Part shown: positions 1-11,305 of the stretch, piece by piece
Numbering within the stretch: the stretch's first letter is position 1
How the letters are laid out: each line of letters starts with the position of its first letter
DNA from: Lama glama
Lineage: Eukaryota
Direction of reading: 5' to 3'
DNA length: 64,000 bases
Assembly: GCA_028534125.1 (NCBI GenBank)
Contig: CM052816.1
Span: 5,954,001-6,018,000, forward strand
Program-made: the position numbers and the translations under genes
The notes under the pieces: model-generated
The model's database searches: none
Told to the model about the DNA's origin: nothing
The model's input: only the letters and a program-made list of their open reading frames with translations

Positions 1-164
1 CCATAAGATCTTATATGTATTTCCCTGTGCTACACAGTATAATCTTGTTTATCTATTCTACATATGTCTGTCAGTATCTATACATTTTGAACTCCCAGTC
101 TGTCCCTTCCCACCCCCATCCCCCCTGGCAACCACAAGTTTGTATTCTATGTCTGTGAGTCTAT
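1..164 (-). mobile_element. Young lineage-specific L1 3'UTR fragment, continuing off the window start
   Basis: TTCCCTGTGCTACACAGTATAATCTTGTTTATCTATTCTA...GGCAACCACAAGTTTGTATTCTATGTCTGTGAGTCT closely matches the L1 3' ends at 2329-2560 (reverse complement) and 5912-6673. Confidence 0.85.
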
Positions 165-759
165 AAGAAGCCCTGCTTTAGAGTTAAACAAAATTTGAAG
201 TGGAAAGACCTCGCCAAACACCTACCGCTCCTACTTACTGCAGAGATAGGAAAACTGAAGAAAGAAGGTACAATGTGCTCACCAAGTTCACATCTCTTTA
301 GTGATGTTCATTCTTGCAACCAAGATTAGTTGGACACCTATCTGGATATGCCAGCTTAGAAGAAAAATGAGACTTACTGCCTTTAAGTCCTGGGATTTTA
401 ACTCAGGTTTTTGACCCTGTAGTTTATTCTGAGAGACGAGCAGGGCTCCAGGGAATATTTAGTTTCTGGTTCTTGCTGGAGCACTGGGCTGGAAGTGAGG
501 AGACCTGTACATGGATGAAGTGAGCTGCACGGAAGAGTGACCTTCTGTGATACCAACTGATCTCTGAGCCTCTCCTTTCTTGGCCAAAGTTGGATGAGAA
601 AATAGTTGTATTTCTAAAAGGACCAACTTCAGCTCCCACACTGTGCAAAGATCAAGAACTTCCCCAGAAGCGTGGCGTAGTGCAGCAATGAACAGCCTTC
701 CCAGATGGTGTCTGTAACAAGGAATTGCATCATAATTGTGCAGCGAGGGAGAGTAGAAT

Positions 760-935
760 GGACTTGAGGGTGAGCTGGACTACTTGTCACCGTGTGTAAG
801 TCACTTAATACGCCTGAACCTCAGGTTCTTCATGTGAAATGAGACAAAAAGTGATCCCTCTGCCTGCCAGGGTTGGTGTGAGGATTAAACAGGATAATGG
901 ATGTCCTGGACACATTATCATCTCTTAGTTAATGT
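760..935 (+). mobile_element. MIR SINE
   Basis: Core AAGTCACTTAA...CTGAACCTCAGGTTCTTCATGTGAAATGAG...GGGTTGGTGTGAGGATTAAA. Confidence 0.75.
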
Positions 936-2046
936 CACTGGCTCTACTCTGAATGCCATCATCATCAGTGTCATCATTCCAGTTTCTACATTTCCTTTCT
1001 GTTTCTCTTGAAAGATTCTTCCTGCCCCAAAAGGCCAGGTTGTTATTTATCGCCAGACAGGGCAATTTCAGCCTCTTTCCCTCTGGATCAGGTCATTTGA
1101 CATCCAGCAGGGGAAGAGTTTCCACATTACTGAAGTGTACACCTGAGTCCTCTTGAACAGTCTGTCAGACTGGCTGAAACTCCAGCCTGGACAGGCCAAT
1201 TCAGATGCACAGACACCTTCCAGGTAGGCAACCAGGAACCAGTCATTCTCTCCCGGGCCTGGGCTCCCTGTGGTGACCGGCTTGCGCCCAGCTGCCTCCT
1301 GGCCCTCCCTGGCCTTGGCTTTATAACAGTGACCTTGACTGGAGGGGCACGAGGAAGTGGGAGCATGCTTGCTAAAGGTAGAGGTTATATAACAACACAT
1401 CGCAGTATTCCTGTGAAGCAGCAGGAGTCGTGGCAAAACCGTATTCAATATGAACACATTATAAATTATTAATCATTTAGGTATACCTATTGTTTCAATG
1501 GTATGATTTTCCAAAAGCAGTGTATTTTCCTTCATTGGTAGTGATGCATAGAAGGTGGAATTTACACTCTGCATTTAGCGATACTCATTGAAGGGCATTG
1601 TCCAAGGCTGTATTCACATCTAGTGGAGGACAGCAGGGTGTGAGGCTTTTATGATAACCCAAAGGGGTGATCATTAGTTCTTTTTTAAAAACTTGCAAAA
1701 CAGTGCTGTAGTGAGACCTCAACATCTGAAGACTGAGAGGAGTTTTACCCCCTTTCCTGTCCTCCTGTGGTCAGCACATTTGGAAAACCTCCCAGCTGCT
1801 CTGTGCTAAGAAAATGGCTCCATCACTGAGAACTGCGGGTTCCAAGCTGCAAAAGGGATCATGCATGATCTCTGTCGTGATTTAACACGTGAAGTGGCTG
1901 CTTCGGAACTGATTCCTAGGCCGTAGTCTAGGTTCAGAAGGAAATAGCCACGTTAGCAGACAGGGAAGGAAGGCCATTTAACTACATGCCCTATTTCTCT
2001 ACAGCTGGAGTTCCACTTGCATCAAACTCACTTGGATGATTTCTCC

Positions 2047-2185
2047 TAAAATGTCAATTTCTGCCTCCTACCCGGGACCTACCAACTTAGAATCTCTGGG
2101 AATGGGGCTTGGAAATAAACATTAACTTGATCCTTAAGGGATTCTGACACACATCATCCTTTGACAGTACTTTGAGAAGCATGGA
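2047..2185. mobile_element. MER5-family hAT-Charlie MITE, degraded
   Basis: GACCTACCAACTTAGAATCTCTGGGAATGGGGCTTGGAAAT...ACTTTGAGAAGCATGG resembles MER5A/B. Confidence 0.6.
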
Positions 2186-2328
2186 TCTAGAAGAATGAAT
2201 CCACCATGGTGGCATTTTTAGCTCAGAGAAATGGCCAGCCTGGAAGAAAACATCCCAGCTTCAATCCTGCAATTTCAGAGCTCAAATTAAACTGTTGAGA
2301 GTTACCTGCTCAATTCACTCCCTTCCCT

Positions 2329-2560
2329 GGGAGTTTGAAATTTGTAGATACTGACAGGCATATGTAGAATAGATAAACAAGATTATACTGTATAGCACAG
2401 GGAAATATATACAAGATCTTGTGGTAGCTCACAGCGAAAAAAAATGCGACAATGAATATATGTATGTTCATGTGTAACTGAAAAATTGTGCTCTACACTG
2501 GAAATTGACACAACATTGTAAAATGACTATAACTCAATTAAAAAAAAGTTAATAAAAAAA
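2329..2560 (+). mobile_element. Young L1 3' end with A-rich tail
   Basis: GGGAGTTTGAAATTTGTAGATAC...GGAAATTGACACAACATTGTAAAATGACTATAACTCAATT followed by A-runs. Confidence 0.88.
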
Positions 2561-2629
2561 GAAGAGCAAAACTAAGCAACTAATTTAAATACCTTCAGAA
2601 ACCAAGGTAATGTAATAAGTGACAAGGCA

Positions 2630-2916
2630 GTGTAGACTGTGGCAAACTAGAGAGCTTGGACCCTGTGCAAAGGAGGTGGCCAGCACTCAGCTCTTCCAGT
2701 GTTGTCTTTAACAACGGGGGCTCAAGCTGACAAAGCTTCTGATTTGTTTGTTTTTGAGAAGCTGGAAATCCAAAGTTTGTATAAATTCTCTCTTTTCGTA
2801 ATGCTGGTCACAAACTCAATTTTCTTTTCTTTTGAAAAAAACAAAACCAAAAACAAACAGTCAGAAAACTAAGTCCCCCAGGGTGAATATGGTCCATGGA
2901 ACACCAGTTTGGGACT
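2630..2916 (-). mobile_element. MER102-like hAT-Charlie element
   Basis: GACTGTGGCAAACTAGAGAGC...GAGAAGCTGGAAATCC...CACCAGTTTGGGAC; similar to the copies at 28900-29270 and 59040-59282. Confidence 0.6.
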
Positions 2917-2948
2917 TGCGACACAGAAGGAACAGGTTTACGTGTAGA

Positions 2949-3063
2949 AAGAGTACATGCCCCACCGGCTCAGACACAGGCAGACAATTCCAAAGGGTGA
3001 CACATTCTGAAGAGAGGATGTAACTGCTTCAGTGAGGATGAGGAGGGGTCTCTTGATACTGTT
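2949..3063 (+). repeat. Copy 1 of a diverged ~115-bp local direct duplication
   Basis: Aligns by hand to 4256-4372 with about 17 substitutions and 2 single-base indels. Confidence 0.9.
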
Positions 3064-3945
3064 CCTGGAAGAAATTAGAATGGCTGCCGTTCTTCCTCTT
3101 TCAAAGAGGAAATGGACACTTTGAAGTTTCTCCTGATCATGGAAAGGCAATACTTCTGGCTTGACTGGAGCCAGGCCCTGGGAAATGCTGTTCCCCAAAG
3201 AAGTATAAAGAACAGAGTTTGCAAAAGATACTGTGCAGCATGAAAGAGCAGAGGCCAAGAAAAGGGATGAGGTGCAGGAAGGGGATAGATGGTGAAAGCA
3301 TGGTGATTGGCCATAATCATCATGAGGCAAGAGCGTACTGTAGCGATGGGCACATGAATAAAGCAAAGATTCCACTCCTGGGAGAAGAAGTCTTTTGAAG
3401 GTGATTTACAGTTCTGATGCTGAAAAGCCCAGTTCAGACGTTACAGAAGACATCTGGCTCTACTGACATGGATATCTCTTCTCTTACACTAATCAAAATC
3501 CCATCCAATCTGGGGCCTTTAAAGACTACTGACATATGTGGTCATAGAACCAGAAAAGGAGAGAGTGGCCGCAGTAAGAATGCAGTTTGTATCAAAGGTT
3601 AAGGGGTCCTTTAGAAATCGTAGGCCTCACTACCAGGGGAAAAGGTAAAGCTGGAAAAAGACTTAATCTTATTCCAGTGAATGTTCTCATTCTAATAAAT
3701 TTGTTATGTCTCTCTGGTGAGACTAGAAGCTATATGAGGACAAATCAAATCAACATATTCATTAACTATATATGACTGAGCAAGGCCAATACAGTGGAGG
3801 GACAGCTAGAGGAAATATGTCTTCCACGTACATATCCCCTGTAGAGTCTCTTAAGAGGAAAGAAGCAGAATAAAACATAATAAACACTTACATTACTCTT
3901 GTGCCAATTGTAAATAATAGCTGAGAAAAACACAGTGCCCTAAAG

Positions 3946-4117
3946 CAGTGGTTTTCAAATTGTGGTCCTCAGTAACAGCCACATCAGCTTCCCTTGGGAG
4001 CTTGTTAGGAATATAAATTCCTAGGTCCCACCTCAAACCTACTGAATCAGAACCAATGGAGGTGGGGGGTCCCATAATCTGTGCTTTCTTTCACAAGCTT
4101 TCTAGATGATTCTTAAA
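3946..4117 (+). mobile_element. MER5A hAT-Charlie MITE, 3' end missing
   Basis: CAGTGGTTTTCAAATTGTGGTCC...CATCAGCTTCCCTTGGGAGCTTGTTAGGAAT...ACCTACTGAATCAGAA. Confidence 0.85.
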
Positions 4118-4255
4118 CAGATCCCATAGCATCTCAGTTAATTTTCACAACTGATGGCAGTGGACAGGTAGAATGTACAACCCTCACTGTAGAGCTGAGG
4201 ATCAGGTGACATCGTAGGTCCAGGGGCAGACTGTTACTAGCAAAGCAAAGTCACC

Positions 4256-4372
4256 AAGGGTACACGCCCCACCACACCAGACACAGGCAGACCATTCCAC
4301 AGGGTGACGCATTTTGAGGAGAGAATGGAATTGCTTCAATGAGGATGAGGTGGGGGTCCTCTTGATCCTGTT
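4256..4372 (+). repeat. Copy 2 of the diverged ~115-bp local direct duplication
   Basis: CAGACACAGGCAGAC(A/C)ATTCCA(A/C)AGGGTGAC...GAGGATGAGG...CTCTTGAT(A/C)CTGTT is shared with 2949-3063. Confidence 0.9.
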
Positions 4373-5911
4373 TACTGCTTTCTACCATTTGCTAGGGGGC
4401 AAAATTTTAATTTTGTGGCAGCAGTTGATTTGGGTTCAGTTGTAGATATATATGCTGGGTTTTTTTTCCCACCTTAACATCTATATTAGCCCATTACAAG
4501 GAGCTAAGAAAACAGTAACAACTCAACCATCCACTTGTGCCTTTTATCTTCTTGTCTGAGTGCTTCTGCTCCTTCTCTGCCTTCATATTTATCTCATCAT
4601 TTACAGTCCACCTCCATGGCTGCCTCCACTGTAAAGCTCACCCCCACTCATCCCTGATAAGAATGTGTCAGCTCTGTCTCAATGATACAGCTCTCTACTT
4701 GATCTTCCAGTACAGCTGTGTTTATGTGTCTGCTCCCCACAGTGGACATAACTCTTTGGAAGCAATGAACGTATCTTAGCATCTCTGTATACCCCTAACA
4801 CCTGCCATGGAGTAATACTTTGGAGCTAGAAAGGAGCAAAGAAAATAAAACAGCTGCCAACTCCTGTAAGTACTGAGCATCAGCTGTGTCATGGGTCCTC
4901 CACGAAGCTTTTTTATACACTTCATTTTGTTTCAACACTCAGTATGGTCTTGTATGTATTTTTATCTCTCTTTTAAAGACTGGAAAATTGAGATTCAGAA
5001 GATGTTAAAGAGGCAATCCGATGTCATGCCATTTGCAAGTGGTAGATCTGGAATTCTTGATGTATATATATAATAATGCTTCTCCACTTCTTATTTAATG
5101 GCTAAAAAACCCGAAGCCTAGACAGAGAAAATTTTCTTAGTTGCACAGAGAGGACTAAAGCCAGGTCGAGAATGTAGACCTCAGGTCACTTTACCCCCAC
5201 CCTGGTGTCTCTTCCTGAGCATCATAGAAAGGAAAAAAATCTTCTTGGAATTTCTGGATCACCTGGAGAGTTGCTTTCATTCCATAAATGGATGGCCTGG
5301 CAAATATGTTTCCTGATGAATTTTTGAAGAGGAGCCAGATTCCTTTTCTTCTCCACAGACACCAGAGTCCACGATTTGGTCACTTTTGCTCACTTTTTGG
5401 ATGCTGTACCCCTGAGATTTTTAGAACTCTTCCTTTCTGGTCTCATACCTCCAATAAACCCATTGTCACCTGATCTTTCTCAAGTTCATGGTACTCTTCT
5501 AGGCTCTGATCTGATTCTGTTGCTATTTCTGGGCAGGCATGAGGTTTTCCAGGGTTTAAATTGATGGCTTCCTCTCCTTTTCCTGGTGAAAATTCAGTGT
5601 TGATTGCTAACCTTAGAGATCTCACTTCTGCTCTTTGAGGTAGCGGGGATGTCTCAAGAACCTACAAGTAATAATGTCCAAGTATGGTGTGGATTCGATT
5701 TCAAAGGTGAAAAGAATCCCAGTGAGTCTGATTACTCATTTGTCAAAGTGCTGGTCATGGCTGTCATTAAACAGTGATGGGATAAAGGACATTGCTGTGC
5801 AGTGCCTCAGTTATCCAGTCAGGCAGAGGGATGGAAATGCATTTTCTGGTTAATTGAATGCTAACCCTTTCAATTCTTCAGAGCTGTTTATTACCTAAAC
5901 ATTTCATTTTT

Positions 5912-6673
5912 TTTAAACATTTTTTATTGATTTATAGTCATTTTACAATGTTGTGTCAAATTCCAGTGTAGAGCACAATTTTTCAATTATACATGAATGT
6001 ATATGTATTCATTGTCACATTTTTTTCTCTGTGATCTACCATAATATCTTGTATGTATTTCCCTGTGCTATACAGTATAATCTTGTTTATCTATTCTACA
6101 ATTTTGAAATCCCAGTCTATCTCTTCCCACCCCCTGCCCCCTTTGCAACCACAAGTTTGTATTCTATGTCTGTGAGTCTATTTCTGTTTTGTGTTTATGC
6201 TTTGTTTGTTTGTTTGTTTGNNNNNNNNNNNNNNNNNNNNNNNNNNNNNNNNNNNNNNNNNNNNNNNNNNNNNNNNNNNNNNNNNNNNNNNNNNNNNNNN
6301 NNNNNNNNNNNNNNNNNNNNGTATAAATATACCACCTCTTCTTTATCCAGTCATCCGTTGATGGACATTTAGGCTGTCTCCATGTCTTGGCTATTGTAAA
6401 TAGTGCTGCTATGAACATTGGGGTGCAGGTGTCATCCTGAAGTAGGGTTCCTTCTGGATATATGCCCAGGAGCGGGATTCCTGGGTCATATGGTAAATCT
6501 GTTCCTAGTCTTTTGAGGAGTCTGTACTGTTTTCCACAGTGGCTGCACCAAACTGCATTCCCACTAGCAGTATAGGAGGGTTCCCCTTTCTCCACAGCCT
6601 CTCCAGCATTTGTCATTTGTGGATTTTTGAGTGATGGCCATTCTGACTGGTGTGAGGTGATACCTCATTGTAG
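5912..6673 (-). mobile_element. Young 5'-truncated L1 (ORF2 C-terminal fragment, 3'UTR and poly-A) with TSD
   Basis: ORF 6164-6616(-) encodes LPYDPGIPLLGIYP...TCTPMFIAALFTIAKTWRQPKCPSTDDWIKK, the L1 ORF2p C-terminus. TSD TTCATTTTT at 5903-5911 and 6674-6682. Contains an N gap. Confidence 0.95.
6221..6320. other. Assembly gap (100 N) inside a young L1
   Basis: Run of exactly 100 N. Confidence 1.
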
Positions 6674-6739
6674 TTCATTTTTGAGCTTTGGTAGGCTGTA
6701 TGCTATTTACTTAAGTATGTTGTTTTTAAAACACACAGA

Positions 6740-6839
6740 TATCTTGAATATCTAACAAGGGATTCTGCTGAACACATTATGTTATAGTACAGCAAGGCAC
6801 TCCATCATCATTTAAGTACTAGTGTGGATATTCGCTTAT
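6740..6839 (+). mobile_element. Ancient L1ME-type 3' end, left part (continues at 8248)
   Basis: ATCTAACAAGGGATTCTGCTGAACACATTATGTTATAG...GTGGATA resembles the L1M ORF2-end/3'UTR and joins 8248-8500. Confidence 0.55.
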
Positions 6840-8247
6840 TTTTAATTTTTTCCCAGTTTTATTAAGATAGAGTCGACATATAGTACAAGTTTACGGTGTA
6901 CAGCATAATGACTTGACTTACATATTGTGAAATGATAACCACAATGAGTTTAGTTAGCATTCATCATCTAATAGAAATATTTTTAAAATTAGTGTTTTTT
7001 TTCCTTGTGATGAGGAATCTTAGGATCTACTCTCTTAACAATGTTCAAATATACTATACAGCAGTATTAGCTGTAGTCATCATATTGTACATTACATCCT
7101 TAGAACTTATTTTTTTCTGTGTATATATGTTTACTGAAGTATAGTCAGTTTACAATGTTGTGTCAATTTCTGGTGTACAGCATAATGCTTCTATCTTACA
7201 TGAATATACATATATTCATTTTCATATTTTTCTTCACCATAAATTACTGTAAGAAATTGAATATAGTTCCCTGTGCTATACAGTATGAACTTGTCGTTTA
7301 TCTATTTTATATATATATTAGTATCTGCAAATCTCAGACTCCCAATTTATCCCTTCCCACCCCTTTTCCCGCCCCCGGTAACCACAAGTTTGTTTTCAAT
7401 GTCTGTGAGTCTGCTTCTGTTTTGTAAATAAGTTTGTCTTTTTTTTTTCCAGCTTTTACATATAAGTGATACCATACTGTATTTGTCTTTCTCCTTCTGG
7501 CTTACTTCACTTAGACTGACATTTTCCAGGTCCATCTGTGCTGCTGCAAATGGCATTATTTTATTCTTCTTACGGCTGAGTAGTATTCCATTGTATAAAC
7601 ATATCATAGCTTCTTCTTCCTAGAACTTATTTATCTTACAGCTGGAAGTTTGTATCTTTTGAGTATTTTCACCCAGTTCCCCCACCCCACCCCTTGCCTC
7701 TGTTAATCTCAAATCTTTTCTCTTTTTTTATGAAGTTTTTTGATTTGTTTGTTCAGATTCTACATGTAAATGAGATCATACAGTATGTGTCTTTCTCTGT
7801 CTGACCTATTTCACTTACGTAAGGCCCTCAAGGTCCATCCATGTTGTCGCAAATGCAGGCTTTCGTTCTTTTTCATGGCTGACTCATGTTCCATCGTATA
7901 TATAAGCCACAGCTTCTTTATCCACTCATCCATTGATAGACACTTGGGTTTTTCCATGTCTTGGCTTTTGTCGATAATGCTGCTCTGAACAGCAAGAGTT
8001 ACAGATATCTCTTGGACAAAGTGTTTTCTTTTCCTTTGGATATATTCCCAGAAGTGGAATTGCTGGATCATCTGGTAGTTCTATTTTTTATTTTCTTTTT
8101 CAGGAAACTCTATACTGTTTTCCATAGTGTCTGTACCAATTTACATTCCCACCAGTAGTGCGCAAGTGTTCTGTCTCCTCCACATCTTCACCAACATTTG
8201 TTCTCTCTTGTCTTTTTGATGATAGTCATTCTAACAGACATGAGGTA
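6840..8247 (-). mobile_element. Older L1 (L1MA9-like) 3' end and ORF2 tail, interrupted by a younger L1
   Basis: 3'UTR CCTTGTGATGAGGAATCTTAGGATCTACTCTCTTAACAA. ORF 7811-8071(-) has PKCLSMDEWIKKLW. Degraded TSD TGGATATTCGCTTAT (6825-6839) / TGGATACCCACTTAT (8248-8262). Confidence 0.88.
7113..7620 (-). mobile_element. Lineage-specific L1 3' end nested in the older L1
   Basis: ORF 7347-7607(-) has IMPFAAAQMDLENVSLSEVSQKEKDKY (ORF2 end). Perfect TSD TAGAACTTATTT at 7101-7112 and 7621-7632. Confidence 0.93.
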
Positions 8248-8500
8248 TGGATACCCACTTATCAGGATGAAAGATGCTCATAATATAGAAAGTGAATATT
8301 GGAGAGTGAAAAACTTTATATACACCATGATCCTAATTTTAAAAACCCGATTAACTAGATGGTAAGTCTAAATGATACGTGTCAACATGTTAAAAGGGTT
8401 ATCTCAGAGTCATGCGATGATAAGTGCTTTGCTTCCTCCCCTCTTTTCTTACCTGTGTTTTATACTTTCCCATGATAAACATGTGTTGCTCATATATTCT
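8248..8500 (+). mobile_element. Ancient L1ME-type 3' end, right part
   Basis: ATGAAAGATGCTCATAATATAGAAAGTGAA...ATGATCCTAATTTT...AACATGTTAAAAGGGTTATCTC is typical of the L1ME 3'UTR. Confidence 0.6.
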
Positions 8501-10249
8501 AAAACAATACTGTTTTTTTTTGTCATAATTACACATAACCCAGTACCCATAACCAATCAATAATCAGCCCTATTCTCAGTCCTGAAGTTACAGAGTTATA
8601 TCAAACATTGCCTGGCAGAGAGATTTTTCGTATCTGAAGAAAACTAACGTAGATTTTAGTCCCAAATCTGCCCCTAACTACTGCTGCACCTCTAGTCACA
8701 GAGACCTTTGATCTTTGGGTTTCCGTTCACTTCTACGTAAAATGAGGGTCATGCCGTTCACCTTACAAGCTACTGTGAAGACGAAATGATGGGGTCCTAT
8801 TTCTGGACTGTGTTTCAGAATTAAGAAGATTTTTAAAAATACGCACTGCTGGGCCCCACCTCAGGCCATCCCAGCACAGTCCAGGACTGACCAGGAAGTG
8901 CTGGACTTATTCTCATGGACTGATTGTCATGGTGGTTCTCCTTCTTGGACACTTGGGCTGATGTGGTGTGACATAGACTGAGCTTTGATAATTACGAAGC
9001 ATTATCCTCTTGGTGCAGGGAGAGGATGAACACCTCTGCCCGAGGCTGGGGTCCTGCCAAAGCTGCCAGCCAGGCTGAGACTGCTCGAGGAGGAGCAAAA
9101 CGTTAAGCGAGTGATGTTTATTACATTTTGGTAAAAAGTTAAAAAGAAATGGTTTTGTTTACCAAAGGATAATGTCACAGTAAACAGAGGCTGGGGGTTG
9201 TCAAATATCCAAAAAGTTAATATATTAAGGGGGCGTTCGTGATTATTGTGCCTGATTGCCACAACATAGCCACCCTCTCTAAACCTTGTCCCTGGGCACC
9301 TCTGCTTCAACACCTCTGAGGTCCAGGAGCTCACTACCTCACCCCTCCGCCTGGTCACTCTTTGGATGCTATTGCGATTTCCAGGTCTTACTCCTCATTC
9401 ATCCGCAGATCTGAGCTGTACCACGTGGTGCCTGCCACATGAAAGTCCCACCAGATTTTCTGTCAGTGGCTCTGCACTGCTTTAGAAGTAACCCATCAAT
9501 AGCAGTACAGTCACCTAAGTTCCAGCCAAAGTACCGTGTACAAATCAGAGCACATTTTTAGCTTATTCTTCTCCAATTTACTCTCCAACCTGCATCCATA
9601 AATGGGAGAGAAAAGGGTTGAGTTACAACTCCCACATAGGGAGCAAGAAGGAGCTGCATCTGTCATGGGAGTTGGGAGGGAGAAAAAGGTTGCTGTTTAC
9701 TGTAACTGTGTGGCACTTCACATGGTCAGAGTGAGGCCTCATCATTGGCTAGTAGTCATTAAGTGCCTACTGTGCCCAGGGTATTAGACTATATGTTAAA
9801 GGAGAGAGAAATAATGAGGCATAAAATCGTTGGACTAGATGGTTATGAGGTCTTTATATTAAAAAAAAAGAAATAATCCCCAAAGTGTTCACGCATTGAT
9901 TTATTGATTCAATTGTTTATTGGTTAATTAATTGATTGAGTTTATTTATCAGACACAACTAAATGCTAGGAATAATACCATGAAAAAACCAGATGAGGTC
10001 ATTGCCTTCACGGATATTACACTCTGGTCTCTAGCTCTGTTTACAAATTTTGATAATTGAGTTCCCTGCCCTTTGACCACAATAGAAACTTGGTTTCAAG
10101 GATCCTTATAGGTCACTGGTCCAAACACTGAGTCATCACTTGAATATACCCACTAATGAAGGAGGAGGAGGAGGAGAAGGAGGAAGAGACGTAGGAAGGG
10201 TTCTGGGAAGGATGTTCTCCCCCTCCCCCTCCCCCTCCTGGAAGCCCTG

Positions 10250-10498
10250 GAGTAGGAGGCTAAGAGTGTTAGCTGTGGGGTCAGCTCTGAGCTCAGGGCT
10301 GAGTTCTGGAACTTACTATGAACTGTGTTTCCTTGGGTCAGTTACCAAGCTTGACTCTCAGTTTCTTTACCTGCAAAATGCTCCTTATACCTGCTTCTTA
10401 AGGCTGCTGTGAAGATTCAGTGAGGTGATGCATGGAAAGCATTGGCGTGATACCTTGGGAATAGCTGCTGCGGTATGAAGCACTGTCGCTTTATTATA
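10250..10498 (+). mobile_element. MIR SINE, near full length
   Basis: CTGTGTTTCCTTGGGTCAGTTAC...CTCAGTTTCTTTACCTGCAAAATG...GCTGCTGTGAAGATTCAGTGAGGTGATGCATGGAAAGCA. Confidence 0.8.
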
Positions 10499-11104
10499 AG
10501 CATAAATTACAGTTATAAATAATTATTATTGAACTCCTCCATCTGTGGGGGACCTGTGAGAAAGGCCTTTCCATCTTCTGGTAAGCAAGTCAACAAAGCT
10601 CTTCCTAAAATATTTTCTAAAATGGATAGCACCAAATGCATGGTCTCTGTTACAACTAGCCGTAACGAGAGTTCCCGTGACCTCCACGCATCCCACTTTC
10701 CTCTCTCTTCCCTGACGTTCCCTCTCTTATCTCTCCTCCAGGCTCGGGAGTCTATTTCTCCAGCTCTTCCTCATTGGAGGAAGTCAAAACCTGCCCCCAT
10801 CTTGGTGAATCTCTCTCCAAATACGTCTCTCATATAAGCATCTAATGTTCTAACAATTCATCCTCACACACCAGTGACCAGGCTAAATACCAGGGATTTT
10901 TGTCATGTTGATATGCATTCCCACTGACCCATGTCTCAGTAAGTGATTCCATCCTTCCAAACACCTATTGGAAACGGGCTTTTCCATCTTCACTCTCTTC
11001 TCTGATAGGAAGAAATTGTTTGCAAAACTGAACAGATTTCAGGATACTGATGAGGACACATTTGCTGTTAGGTGGGTCATCAAACATTTAAAGATGAATT
11101 GGTT

Positions 11105-11305
11105 GATTATGGTGTGTAGGCTGAATCTGGCTGTTCTGGTAAAAGTTTTGCTGGAATACAGCTACACCTGTTCATTTACATATGGTCTGAGGCTGTTTTC
11201 ATTCTCCAACAGCAGAGTTGAGTAGTTGCCACAGGTATCCTGTGACCCACAGAGCCTAAGATATTTACCCTCTGGCCTTTGACAGAAAAAGTCTGCCGAC
11301 CCCTG
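11105..11305 (+). mobile_element. MER58A hAT-Charlie MITE
   Basis: TAAAAGTTTTGCTGGAATACAGC...TTCATTTACATATGGTCTGAGGCTG...GCAGAGTTGAGTAGTTG...ACAGAAAAAGTCTGCCGACCCCTG. Confidence 0.88.

Noticed and set aside
5443..5625. Minus-strand ORF ending ...SDQSLEEYHELEKDQ at a possible CAG/GTGACA donor
   Set aside because: No recognisable homology, no proper polypyrimidine acceptor in frame, and a weak donor.
6164..6616. 150-aa ORF with clear protein-like content
   Set aside because: It is the frameshifted C-terminal piece of L1 ORF2p in a 5'-truncated insertion and runs through an N gap. It is not a host gene.
8913..9098. Minus-strand ORF following a possible acceptor
   Set aside because: No recognisable domain and no partner exons.
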